In this document: positions 24,592 to 36,802 of the stretch, piece by piece
Layout of the letters: each line of letters begins with the position of its first letter
Numbering within the stretch: position 1 is the first letter of the stretch
NCBI GenBank assembly: GCA_951406725.2
Contig: OX597816.1
Span: 105,524,001-105,588,000 of the forward strand
DNA length: 64,000 bases
Direction of reading: 5' to 3'
DNA from: Octopus vulgaris
Lineage: Eukaryota
Notes under the pieces: generated by a model
What the model was told of the DNA's origin: nothing
Databases searched by the model: none
Seen by the model: the letters and a program-made list of their open reading frames with translations, nothing else
Translations under genes and position numbers: made by a program

Positions 24592-27492
24592 CTAGATAGA
24601 ACAAGGATAACACAGATATTATGGCCTTCTAAACAATTTTACATGTATGAAATTATTCATGCAGAGATTTTTTTTTGTTTACAATCAAATATGTATATAT
24701 ATATATTTCTTTTTTTGTTAAAATATAGAATAAATTTTGTCTATAAATTCGTTTTTCTACATTGTATCAAATGTAAATAACATCTATGAGACAAGGCATC
24801 AGCCAATTTTTATTCAAAGCTATAGACTAATAATCTCTATTTTTAGACACTATGACAAATTGGATAACAACAAAACACAGGGGACACTAACTGATTATCT
24901 TTTTCCAATTCACTCAAAACCTTTTACTGGATTTTGTTCAATTTTCCTCAACAAACTTTCATATAAAACATTTTCTAAAAACAAACTGATTTGTTTTTAT
25001 AAGCAGTCAATACATTAAAAGCTTCCATCAAATTTCAGTATTTTGATTTTCAGATATAATTTAGTTGTTCTCAAAAAATCTCAAATGGCAATAAGGATGG
25101 TATTCATAAAAAAAACATTTAATTATCATGCTGAACTACTGATGAAAGGGGCCTAGCATTCTGGCTCAAAACGATTTATTTTAAATCAGTCCTCTCTACT
25201 TATGTATGGCATCATAGGTAATATGATACTAAATCTTTTAGTAGTAATAGTTGTTGAGGCTAGCCTGATTGCTGACTGATCAGGCTAGAGTGAATAGAAA
25301 TATGTTAAGAAGAGCTCCACATGTTAGTTCTACATGCATTTATGCATGCATTCATTCACATATGTATGTATGCATGCATCCATCCACATATGTATGTATG
25401 TATGTATGTATGTATATATGTATGTATGCATGCACACATGCATGTATGTTAGTCACTAAATTAATAAAAATACTAAAATATGGGATAAATCAGGCAAATA
25501 TACAACTTATGTTAGTTGTATTACAATATTAAATATACACTCATCAATCAAAGTTGCAGGCATTATCCTATAATTAAAACTAAATGGTCAACGTGTCTTT
25601 TTGTGCTGACTCAACAATAAAAAAATATATATAGTTTTACACATATAAGAAACTTCCAATGTCATTATTTGGTCTGCAGGAAATAACAGCTAAATGTCTC
25701 CTATCTTATAAAAAATGTATTCCTTGCTAAACTATAACTGAATAAAAAAAAAATGACCGGGGTTGAAACAATATCAATAAAAACTATCTTTTCTCACCTC
25801 AATAAGATGAAACGTTGCACTAGACAAAAAATCACAGCTCATGAACAGACAACAGCCACAAATCATCTCCATACGCGTAAAACAAAAATATTCAAAATGA
25901 ATGACAAGGGCAGTACTATTTGATGTTGTTGAAGTAAGCTCCAGGCCCCACAACTCCTTCCATTAAAAGTAAAATCACCCCATACACTCATACACTATAA
26001 CATTCTCAAGCACTGCAAAACAAGCCAATGATAGAGCCACTATGAAATCTTTTGACTTGCTTAGAAAAGCAGTCAAATTTCTTTCAAATCATATTCAGTT
26101 GTCTTAAATAATAAATAGTTGGAATGTTTTTGATTATAGGTCTGCTTGAAAAAGTCTAAACTACAATTACAACATCCTAAAAGCATTATTCTTTCCACTC
26201 AGTCCTGATAAACATAAAGGATACATTCACACAAAAACAAATGCATTATCAATAACCTCATTAGACCACTCTTAGACTGGGATGCATACTATCAATGATA
26301 AGCGTAGAGGAACAATGACTATTATGATTTATCCAAGTCCACCTTGCTGTTTTTGCTATGGCTAGCAATTCATTTAGAAGCAGGACTGGTACTAAGCACT
26401 AGGCAAACTAGGTGATTTCTTGGAGTGCTAAAATTGGGGAACCCATAAAAAACTTTAATTCAATTAAAAGCACAAAAGAAAGTAGATGATGTCACAGCCA
26501 GAACAATCAGGGATGGAGGATGTGGGCAAGTGGGTGAGGAAAGAGACTTGTGTGGTGATATGACCTGTCACATGACTTGGCAAGAAATATTTCAAGTTTC
26601 ATCCAGTAAGAGATTTACTCAGTGATATATGATCATAAAATATAGATTTCTAGTAAGTAGGTTAACTATTTTTGCATTTTTCAGTTGGTGTAATTAATGA
26701 CGATGGTGGCTGGGGAATATTGAAAGAGGATCATAGTCCAGGACTGGAAGAAAAGGGCCGAGAAAAGGGAGAACATGTTGTAGACTTGGTTGAGGGTGTT
26801 GGATGCTCTGACACTAGCTCAGTATAGAAGTGTATAAAATTCAAGTTGAAGACTAGTGTAAGAATTCTAACTCACAAAACAGTAAAAACAACTTCACCAA
26901 TCTCTTTTGTAGTGTCTTGAAGGAAGTTATAAACCTCAGTCAACGAATGGTTTTGGAATTGATAAGGGAATTCACTGAGACTTTTGACCATCCTTTAATG
27001 AACCTGTGTTGTTGATATTGAGCACCAAGTCAAAAAAACCTTTGATGAAATACATTCCAGTTGTAACTATCACCATTTTGTTTTTACTTTTTTGCATACT
27101 TAGGCCTTTATAGTCTATTGGTCCTTCATTTTTAGTAGGATAGGGTGAAGGAGATTTAACTGCTAATCCTAATTGCTTGAGTGACCATACAAAGGTTTTC
27201 CTAATATGTTGATTGTTCAAGATTGTTGATGCCTCCACTCAAAGTTTTTTTTAGGGTTTAATATAAGGAAAACACTATTTTACTTTGATTTTTAACATTA
27301 TGCTAAAATATTCTCTATTCTAAAAAAAATTTCCCATCAGCATAGATATTATCACATACTATGAGCATATCTTATTCAACCAAGCCTAACCTATCCCAAT
27401 GACAGCTTCTTTTAATATGGCTAAACCAAATACAAATAATGACAACAATACTTCTAATTGCATTAGAAGCAGATGTAGTGGGTACTCTTTAA

Positions 27493-27706
27493 CCCTTTCA
27501 TTACTGTATTTATTTTGAGATACTCTGTGTTTCTTTCAATTACTTTAAATATAACAAAGAATTTAGTAAAATAACTTAGTTATCATTCAGCTAGTATTAG
27601 AAACATAAATTGTAACTAAGTTTTGGTGGAAGATTTTAATTCAAAACTTATAAGACATTTGTACTCAAAGCCAGAGCCAGTTTCAGCCGGGTTGGTAACT
27701 AAAGGG
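27493..27706. mobile_element. piggyBac-type MITE, different family
   Basis: TTAA-ccctttcattac ... gtaactaaaggg-TTAA. Confidence 0.75.
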
Positions 27707-28309
27707 TTAAATTATAATGACTAGCAAATAATATTGTATATGAGAGTACAATCAAAACACTTAATAAAAGAATTATGCTGGATTTATCACTAGTACCTTT
27801 AAAGTTAGGTTTTATTGACATACATACCCCTTTCAGAACTGAAATAAGGAGTACACCTTTCTTATTCTTATGGGATTTCAAAGATAGTAACATACCTTTT
27901 AATATTAAATACATCATCATCATCATCATCATCATTTAACGTCCACCTTCCATGCTGGCATGGGTAGGATGGTTTGACAGGGGCTGGCCAGGCAAAAGAC
28001 TGCACCAGACTTCTGTGACTTTTTGGCAGGATTTTTACAGCTGGATGCTCTTCCTAACACCAACCACCCACCAGGGTTGACTTAGTGCATAAATACAGCA
28101 TTCAAAAAATGGTTCAACCCTATACTGGCAACTGAAAAGCATGCAGTTTGTGTCAAGCACAAGCTCTCAAGAGCACTTTTACTGAGACACTTTAATTAAA
28201 CAGCAAATTCAAGAAAATAACTTAAAACCAACCATAAAATTATAATTTTTTTTTACACACTAAGAGCCTATTTCCTACCATGATTGATTTACACACATAC
28301 ATATATGAA

Positions 28310-28341
<32 letters not shown>

Positions 28342-29983
28342 TGCGCATGCAAGTGCATGTATACTTCTTACTATTCCCTTGTACTCTCATATCTGCACTG
28401 AAATCTACTACATCTTATTATCTGTAACCCCTTTGAACTTCTTTTAACAAACTGACATGAAACATTCAACAGGAATAAGATTCATTAGCTGACTGCATGA
28501 TATATCTGTTTGATATTAACCAATACATACTGCATCATCTCATTTTCCCATGTTCCTTGTCCCTTCGTTTATCACTTAAACTTCTTCACCTACCTATCCT
28601 TTCATTCTGCATTAGCATAATATTAATGTACATTTATGATACATCCTCTACCTGTATGCTTTAAATTGTATTTAGATGGTATCTGTTTCATTTACTTATG
28701 TCTCTATGTTATTCTATGTCCCTTCCTTGCAACTAATTCTATATTGTTTTATTAAATTATTTATTAATTATCCACCAATATTTTCCATTTCTAATCTAAG
28801 CTTTTATGCTTGTAATCATACTATGAACTGCATATATCTCTGTTTCCACAAAAGTGCCTTCTTCCTCCATTTGTTTCATATAATTTCCATCATCCAATCC
28901 ATTACCTAAGCTTTTGTACAGCAATTAGTTAGTTTTATACACTTGTATATTCTGATTTATATATAGATATTACTGGATTTATGTTCTCAGCCTGTTCCTT
29001 CTATCTGATTTTACTCTTATTCTTTCTAGATTCATCTTAATTTTTATCCCCATTTATACGTATTTTCTGTTATAGTTACTGTTTTCCAGTATACACTTTT
29101 TCTTTAGAATTTCTCAAACGATTTGTGTAAATAAAGTTCATACATAGGTCATTTACAAACACACACACACACACACACATACACACACACACACACACAC
29201 AGTGTGTGAGCATAAAAACACTGATGCTAATGAACAATGATAGAAGAGAGAGACAGCAGGTTTATTTTAATCAGTGGATTAAGGAGACCATCTACATACA
29301 GATGGACTCACTACATTTGAATGTATACTTCAACCTTCATTAAATACAAAGTGTCTCAGAACTGTGCAAAAGTTTCAAAATTAGTCAGGGATCAGTGTGT
29401 GTGTGTGTGTATCATCATCATTATTTAACAGCCATCTTCCCTTCTATGGTAGCATGGGTTGGACATTTTGACAGGAGCGGCTCAGGCAGAAGACTACACT
29501 AAACCTGTGTTTGTTTTGGCATGGGTTTTATGACTGGATGCCCTTCCTAACACCAACCACTCCATAGAGTGGAGTGAGTGCTTTCTATGACACCTACACA
29601 GGCAAGGTCAGTTTTGGCAGGGATTTTACAGCTGGATGCCTTTCCAAATGTCAACCACTTAACAATGTGGACTGGATACTTTTTATGTGGCATCAGTACT
29701 GGTAGGGCCACTAAATAACTTGAAAGACAAGGAATCTTTGAGAGGGGAGGGGGCATTGGCGAAGGTGACCTTGTGCCAGAGAGACAGATAGATAGGTACA
29801 GGAATGGCTGTGTGGTATGAAGTTTGTGTGTATGTATATATTTATGTACCAAACCCACTCACAAGGCTTGGGTTGCCCCAGGGCTATAGTAAAAGACACT
29901 TACCCAAGATGTCTCACAGTGGGACTGAACCTAGAACCAAGTGGTTGGGAAGCAAGCACCTTACCACACAGCCTACCTGCACC

Positions 29984-30007
<24 letters not shown>

Positions 30008-30016
<9 letters not shown>

Positions 30017-30213
30017 AATTTAGGACAATCAGTAAGTTGTCATTATAGCATTCAGGGTTTCAAATGTCAGAGCGAAGAGCTATGATGCATTAATTGTCAG
30101 CTATTAATTGCCATCAATAGCTGATGAGAATGCATCATAGCTCTTCGCTCCAACATTCAAAACTCCGAGCACTATAATGACAACTTACTGATTGTCCTAA
30201 ATTATACATATAT
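30008..30213. repeat. About 205-bp palindrome, Penelope-like, each arm carrying a decayed hammerhead motif
   Basis: atgtataatttaggacaatcagtaagttgtcattatag / ctataatgacaacttactgattgtcctaaattatacat; CTGATGA-GAATG...CATTC-aAAAC at 30121-30163. Confidence 0.8.
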
Positions 30214-30248
30214 AAATAGTCCTCTATTTACCATTCTTTTGTTGTCAC

Positions 30249-30310
<62 letters not shown>

Positions 30311-31073
30311 ACATATATATATATATACACACCTCTGAAATGCTTACATAAATGAATGTAAAGCTTTCAAGTTGATGTTAAATATTAGGTTTGGGTTTCG
30401 AATTTAGTATTGGGTTTTAACTAGATTTTTCTTTCTGATATTTCTAGTCAAGTATTGTTCACATCAAGCTATTGCTATTTACCCCACCCCATCACCCAAT
30501 TAACCCTGATTTAGCAGGCCTATGATGAAAGATGTTCTAGCCATGACTACTGCATCATTTTGCTTCCACCAAAGTGTGTGATACAAAGGAAGTTTGGCTG
30601 CTATTCCTGGCAGATTTTGTAATCAGGTAGAGACTCTCTCACTGGCTCATGAAAGATCAAGCTGGTTTAATCTCAATTTTTTTCTCTTCTCACACACTGG
30701 GTGGTTGTCTGGTTGTTTACTGTTTCAGCTGAACTTGTATCCTGCAATGTGACACATCTTTTAACAATGATACTACATTTACTGCATTGCATTACCTCAG
30801 AAGATGATATCATCTTCAGGCAATACATTGAATTTCTTGTCAAACAATGGCTAATATCTACGAAAAACATTTCAATATATATATATATATATAGGTATGT
30901 GTGTATGCGTGTACTAGTAGTGTATATTACATTTTCATAAGAAACTTCTTATGGAAAACATGATACTACAAAGTAAAAAATAATGGGATAAGTATAAGAT
31001 AGCTTGATTCAATCACTGAATGTGTTACTGTGTTGACAATCTTTGTGAAGAAAGAAAATAAAATAGATTGATA

Positions 31074-31131
<58 letters not shown>

Positions 31132-31690
31132 TACATATATATATACTGAGATACACTGAAGGTTTAATATTCGTATAGTTACAAATATTTCAGGAAAGGG
31201 AAAAACAGGGATTGTGCTATGTATTTCACAGACAATAATGATGATGAAAATGCAGAAAGAGTGAAATGAGTGTTTATTAATGATTTTTATATGTAAACAG
31301 GTAAGTCAAACACTGGATAATACTACAATAGACCTATCTTTATAACACACCCACATGTGAGGAAGAGAGGGCAATATGTTAAGTGATGGAGAGTCAGTAA
31401 GGCCAAAACCTACATTCTAACATTTTCTGCCTACACCCACATGTTACACCATAAGATAGTAACTATTACATTCAAATCTAACAGTTACAACCAGTTTCAA
31501 GCTATTATATAGCTTTTAAGCAACTGATCCTGAATGAAAAGATCTGCAAACGGACCTCTAACTTGTTTTGGAGAATTTGTTGCAATTGCTTCATCCAGAG
31601 TCAAATCCCAATGATGATCATATTTGAAAATTACTATTTTTAAATCTCACAATGTGAGATATTTAGTAACAGTACTTTGTAGTAAAGATT

Positions 31691-31782
31691 GTTTGCTAAC
31701 ATAACATGGCAGTCCTGCTTTAGGATGAATGTTGCTGTAATTTAGCCCCAGGAGACATCTTCTCCTGCTGGCTATATGACAG
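31691..31782 (-). mobile_element. 5'-truncated copy 3 of the hammerhead-element family (3' hairpin domain only)
   Basis: Minus strand gtcatatagccagcaggagaagatgtctcctggggctaaattacagcaacattcatcctaaagcaggactgccat aligns with the 3' parts of copies 1 and 2. Confidence 0.7.
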
Positions 31783-31802
31783 AATCTTTACTACATGATC
31801 AT

Positions 31803-32103
31803 ATTTGTTGCTAAAAATCATGTTAAAAGATCACTGTAAACAATCGCAGTTTCATGAGAACATAGGAATCCGAAATTCCAGGATTGCAGGTTTGGATTTG
31901 GTCGAGAATGTCTTTAATTTACACACAGAGTTAGCCTTTAGATTATAAAAATTGTTATTGTACAAAAATGTTTGTTGCAAAAAGTCATGTTAAAAACATC
32001 ACCATAAACAATTACAGCAATGAAAACTTGAGAATCTAAAATTTCAGGATTGTGGGTCCAGATTCAGCCTGAACTGTTTTTACTTTACTTACAGAGTTTG
32101 CCT
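31803..32103. repeat. Diverged tandem duplication (about 135-bp units, about 165-bp period)
   Basis: tttgttgc.aaaa.tcatgttaaaa..atcac..taaacaat...caggattg...acagagtt.gcct occurs twice. Confidence 0.75.
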
Positions 32104-32430
32104 GATTCAAAAATGGTATGATATGTTGAGGTACGGCCTCTAGGATTGACATTCAGATTTATTATATTATATTATTAAAGTGGTAAGCTGACAGAATTGT
32201 TAGCCAGGCGAAATGCTAAGTGGTATTTCGTCTGCCATTAAGTTTTGAGTTTGAATTCTGCTGAGGTCGACTTCGCTGGGGTTGATGGAATTGACTTAAT
32301 CAAAAATTTGAGGCCTTGTGCTTCCAGTAGAAAGGATTTATTAAAGTTGAAAAATTGTGACACACTGACATTCACATTTATTATATTAGATATGTTTAAT
32401 TTTGGGGAAACTTTATTTCAATTAAAGTAT

Positions 32431-32465
<35 letters not shown>

Positions 32466-32519
32466 TAAAGAAAGCAAAAAATAAAAAATGATAGTGTTCA
32501 AGACATGGTTAAACAAAGT

Positions 32520-32826
32520 TGTACATCCCCCCTCTTTCTCTCACATACCCACTCTTTCTCTCTCTCTCTCTCTCTCTTATTATTACTCCCACTGCCACCA
32601 TCAACACTACTTTTATTAAAATATCCTTAACTCTCCCTAAGTTTCATTGTCTCTCTCCCTCTCTTTCTCTCTCTCTCTCTTTCACCACCGCCCTCACTGT
32701 CTCTATGCCTATTACTCTCACCCCATCATGAGGAATAGTAGGAGTGTCACTGAATAGTGAGAGAGGGAGTCTAAGTGTGACACAGTGACACACAGAAATT
32801 AGTTTTCGCATTTATTATATTAGATG
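32520..32826 (-). mobile_element. Possible non-autonomous Helitron-like element
   Basis: Minus strand starts aTCtaatataataaatgcgaaa followed by GA-rich microsatellite, an arrangement resembling Lep1-type Helitrons. The 3' end was not identified. Confidence 0.3.
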
Positions 32827-33170
32827 ATTATAGTACTTTATGCAGTATTGACCACCTTACAATCTCAGAGAGTAAATATATTTCAAACATATGGCTGAAA
32901 TGGAAAACCAAAATTATACAAAGAGATAATTCTTTATATTTGGTTATTAATGGAATATAATATATTAATAGTTTGTTAGTTTTGGGAAATTTTCTGAAAG
33001 AGATGATGAAGCAAAACTAAATTTTCCTTGGAAAAGGCAAGACAGTTTTCTAGGCAGAGTAGTTCACCTCCTATAAAACTCTCATGATGCCTGCTAGAAA
33101 TAATTCCTATAAGCCACCAATCAACTGGCTGCATTTTTATAATGAAAATAAAAGAGTATATTGGGTATGA

Positions 33171-33260
33171 TTTATGTCTGAAAACTGACACTAATTTGTA
33201 CATTTTTGTATAAGATTTAAATTTCATCTTCTCTAAGACTGTTACTTCACTTTCTTTTTA
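33171..33260. repeat. Left arm of long-range inverted repeat (partner 39958-40044)
   Basis: Identical to the reverse complement of 39958-40044 except for one 3-nt indel. Confidence 0.95.
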
Positions 33261-33399
33261 TGAGTTGGTAACTTCCACTTCTCCCAAGTGTGAAATTCAT
33301 ACAGAATAGTAAAACAACAAATAAAAGGAAGGAAATTATTCAGAGGAATAAAAAAAGAACAACATTAGAAAAAATGTAAAATCTGTCTGAAAGAATTAT

Positions 33400-34482
33400 T
33401 TCATTTAAAGTATCTTCGTATATATTTGACAGTTGTTTCTTCATAATGGTTATAGCTTTAGCTAGGCAGTTTAGTTATCCTGAAAAGAGTTCAGATTTAA
33501 CAAATCTTGACAGGTTACTGCCACCACATTACAAAAGACAGGTTAATTGCTTATGGTGGTACTATAGAAAAAGCAAAAGTACATGTACGGTTGTCTAACT
33601 TTTTAACTGCTCAATATATTTGCTGGCTAAGCAACATTTTGCTGGATTCTCTCTCTTCTTCACACACAAAAACACACAATCATTGGCATCAATATTTTCC
33701 CCAGAACATATTGCTGAGGCAGACAATCTTGAAAAGAAAAAAAAAAACTTCTAGTTTCCTCAATTATTTTAGTAAAGAACATTGTCAGGATACAAGCAGA
33801 TAAAGTGAGACAAATGTAGACAGTAAAGAAGCCAACTTTAGAGAAATATAAGTTAGTCCAGAGCTTAATTGGAAATTTTTTTTTTAGGAATAAAATACCA
33901 TGCATAAGTTTTTGTTCTAACAGAATAACAGCCCTAAATAACAATAGCCCTCATGTTGAGGCTAGTTAGTCTCTCTTACCCCATTTATGGCACACAAGCT
34001 CTCATGTGAATTCACTAGTCCTGAATAGGTGATTCATAGGGTTAATGTGACAGAAAATATTCAGTTGTTGTAATTATGTGACCAGAGCATAATACCCAGG
34101 CCTTAAGGATTGTAGTTTTAATGTAGACCAAATGAGCTCATCAGTGTTATCTGTTGTTTAATGAATTTGAGTGACAAAGGGAATTTTATAAGTAACCTAT
34201 CAAGCTGTTTCATGGGTTTCTTTTATATCATGCAGGAATATTTCTGAGAATGAGCACCTTGTACTCTTTGATCTTGCTACAGAGACTGAGGGTTTATACA
34301 AGTACTTTTGCTTCTTCCATAGCATCACCTTTAGTAATTAACCTGTTTCTTGTAATAAGGAGGCAATAACTGGTCATGATTTGTTAATTCCAAACTCTTT
34401 TCAGGATAACTAAACTACCAGGCTAAAGGTATAACCATTATGTAAAAAACACCTGTCAAATATACTGGAAAATACTTTCAGT
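33400..34482. mobile_element. Foldback/MITE-like element with about 180-bp diverged inverted arms
   Basis: 33407-33588 is the imperfect reverse complement of 34297-34478 (for example gtttagttatcctgaaaagagtt / aactcttttcaggataactaaac). No ORF in the spacer. Confidence 0.7.
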
Positions 34483-34559
34483 GACAAACTGGTTAATTCA
34501 AGTCTTTTCTTAGTCAAGAGAATCAACAAAATTAATGATACTCCTGAGGATGTCAAGTA

Positions 34560-35843
34560 TCATGTCATCCCATAAGTTCTGTCCGATTTTACCTTTTTTA
34601 AAATTGAATAAAATTCAATAGTATATTAGAATGTCTAATGGAATTAAAAATTATTTTTATGCATTTGTGTATATTTAAACTAATTACAAACTATTTTACA
34701 GAATAATAGAATTAAAATTTTTTTGGTTAAAACCCTTTCTAACATGGAAGTATCCAAAGAGCATTTGAGGCACAGAATGCTTTTTGAGTACGAAAAAAGA
34801 AACTCAGCAGCGAAAGTGACTCGAAACACACTCAGTTTATGGGAAAGAATGCTTGAATGAAAGAACTTGTAGAAGATGGTTTGCAAAATCCAGAAGTGGA
34901 GATTTCAGCCTTGAAGATGAAGATCGAACAGGACGTCCAGTTGAGTTTGATGATAAGCCCCTTGAGGCATTACTTGAAGAAAATCCTGCATTATCAGTTG
35001 AAGAATTGGCAATGAAGCTTAGTTCAAACCATACAACTGTTCATCATCATCTTCAACAACTTGGAAAGGTTCCTAAAATTGGAAAATGGGTGCCTCATGA
35101 ATTGTCCAAAAGCAGCCGCAAATCTTGAGTTGACATCTGCTCTTCTCTCCATTCTTGTGAACTAATTTCACCCATTTTGGATAGACTTGTGACTGGGGAT
35201 GAAAAATGGATCTTCTATCGAAATGTTAACAATGTAAACATTGTAAACAATGGCTTGGTAAAAGGGAAAAAGTTCAACCACAACCAAGAAGGGAACTTCA
35301 TGAGAAAAAGGTTCTTCTCTCTGTCTGGTGGGATTGAAAAAGGAGTAATTCATTTTGAATTGTTACCATCTAATGCAACAATTAATGCTCAAGTCTACTG
35401 TCAGCAATTAGAGCATTTGAATCAAGCTTTGAAGAAAAAAAGACCCACTTTAGTGAATCAAATAGGAGTGATGTTTCATAAGGACAATGCACAACCCCAC
35501 ACTGCAAAGATCCCATCACAGAAGATCGAAGAGCTTGGTTGGGAAAAAATTCCTCATCCACCTTATTCTCCCAACTTTGCTCCTTCAGACTACCATTTGT
35601 TTCATAGTTTACAGAATCATTTAGGGGACATAATGTTCGCAAGCCAGGAGGAAGTCGAAACTGACATTTCAGAGTTGTTCGCTTTGAAACCAAAAGAGTT
35701 TAACATTGATGGGATTAAAAAGCTTGTAAATAGATGAAAGGAAGTCATAGATAATCAGGGAAAGTACATTGATGATTAAATATAACATTTGATCACCTGT
35801 TTTCTTTATTCAAAATTCGAACAGAACTTATGGGGTGACTTGA
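34560..35843 (+). mobile_element. Full-length mariner (DD34D) DNA transposon with pseudogenised transposase (about 34744-35779)
   Basis: About 30-bp TIRs (tcatgtcatcccataagttctgtccgatttt / aaaattcgaacagaacttatggggtgacttga), TA duplications at 34558 and 35844, 1284 bp. Motifs WVPHEL, TGDEKW, HKDNAQPH, YSPNFAPSDYHLF with 34 residues between the last two Asp. Frameshifts and stops present. Confidence 0.95.
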
Positions 35844-36008
35844 TAGCTGAATGTTTTTAACATGGTATCATTGATGGTGTTTCTAGAAGACATTGTTGAT
35901 CCCAGTGTGAACTTGTGCAGAATTTCATGCAAAGGGATAAGCAGTTTCAGTTTATTTTTTTAATGATTATTTCAAGTCAGACTCCTTTGTTCAACCTAAG
36001 AGTATGAT

Positions 36009-36167
36009 CAGAGCCATCTTAATAGTATTATAGACACCTGAGCAAAGCAATGTACTGAGGCCCATACATAGAGCCTCACAGCATACATAGAATAGCAGTG
36101 GGTCCTTAGAATTATAGGGTTCACCCTGATGACTGCTGAGTGTACTGCATGCCTTAAGATGGCACTG
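36009..36167. mobile_element. Small MITE with 14-bp TIRs (hAT-like termini)
   Basis: cagagccatcttaa / ttaagatggcactg; no convincing TSD. Confidence 0.5.
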
Positions 36168-36501
36168 AGAACAGTCATCAACAAATAAAGCCTTCTGGAC
36201 AGATTTTTTTCCATTCAGCTTGGTCTTGGCACTCAGCTTGCTTGGGTTGAATAGTGACCATCCTAGTTCATATCTCAGGAATATTCTTCAGTGAAGCTAA
36301 AGCAAGGCATGGAGTAAGACACACACAAAGAACAAGATAAACAACACAATTATAAGGATATGACTTAGTTTCATAGCATTTGAAATTTGAAATGAGGCAT
36401 GGTGTATTTACTAGAAAGGACATATCTATTGCAGAAGAGAAAGACAAATAATAATAAATCTCTGAATGAGGTATAGACAGTAACTGCACAACAATGTGAA
36501 G

Positions 36502-36802
36502 TATATTTACCATTTCAATATGGCTAACCACTAAGGGTGGATGTTACTGTAGCTTGTAGCCCCAGGAGAACATCTTCTCCAGCTGGCTATTGACACACTT
36601 TCTGTGCCCTATCAGTATTTGCAAAGGGAGGTCATCCTTCCCTTGTCAACCTAAGTGATACGCATGGACTGCAGTTTCTGGGTATTGACCCGTCATCAGC
36701 GCACGACAATCACCGGTTTTCAATGGAAGGGTCCCAATGCAAATATTTATATCCTTTTTCCAGTTACTTTTCATCACTGATCTTGAAAAAGTGTATACAA
36801 GC
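36502..36802 (-). mobile_element. Hammerhead-bearing structured non-coding element, copy 2
   Basis: Same motif order as copy 1, flanked by a 52-bp direct repeat (36450-36501/36803-36854). Confidence 0.75.
36655..36713 (-). ncRNA. Type I hammerhead ribozyme (canonical core, some decay in stems), predicted cleavage after GUC at 36667
   Basis: Minus strand GTGATTGT-CGTGCG-CTGATGA-CGGGT(caat)ACCCA-GAAAC-TGCA-GTC-CATGCG-TATCAC, with palindromic stem III ACTGCAGT. Confidence 0.8.

Noticed and set aside
25139-25192. Hammerhead-like ctgatgaa...ctcaaaac-gattta/taaatc-agtc
   Set aside because: Extra bases before stem II, no GAAA and no stem I pairing; too weak to call.
26381-26822. Possible MITE
   Set aside because: Termini are too decayed to define a TIR or TSD.
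35177-35737. Domesticated or active transposase (SETMAR-like)
   Set aside because: Frameshifts and premature stops, no SET domain, and TIRs with TA TSD indicate an ordinary dead mariner.
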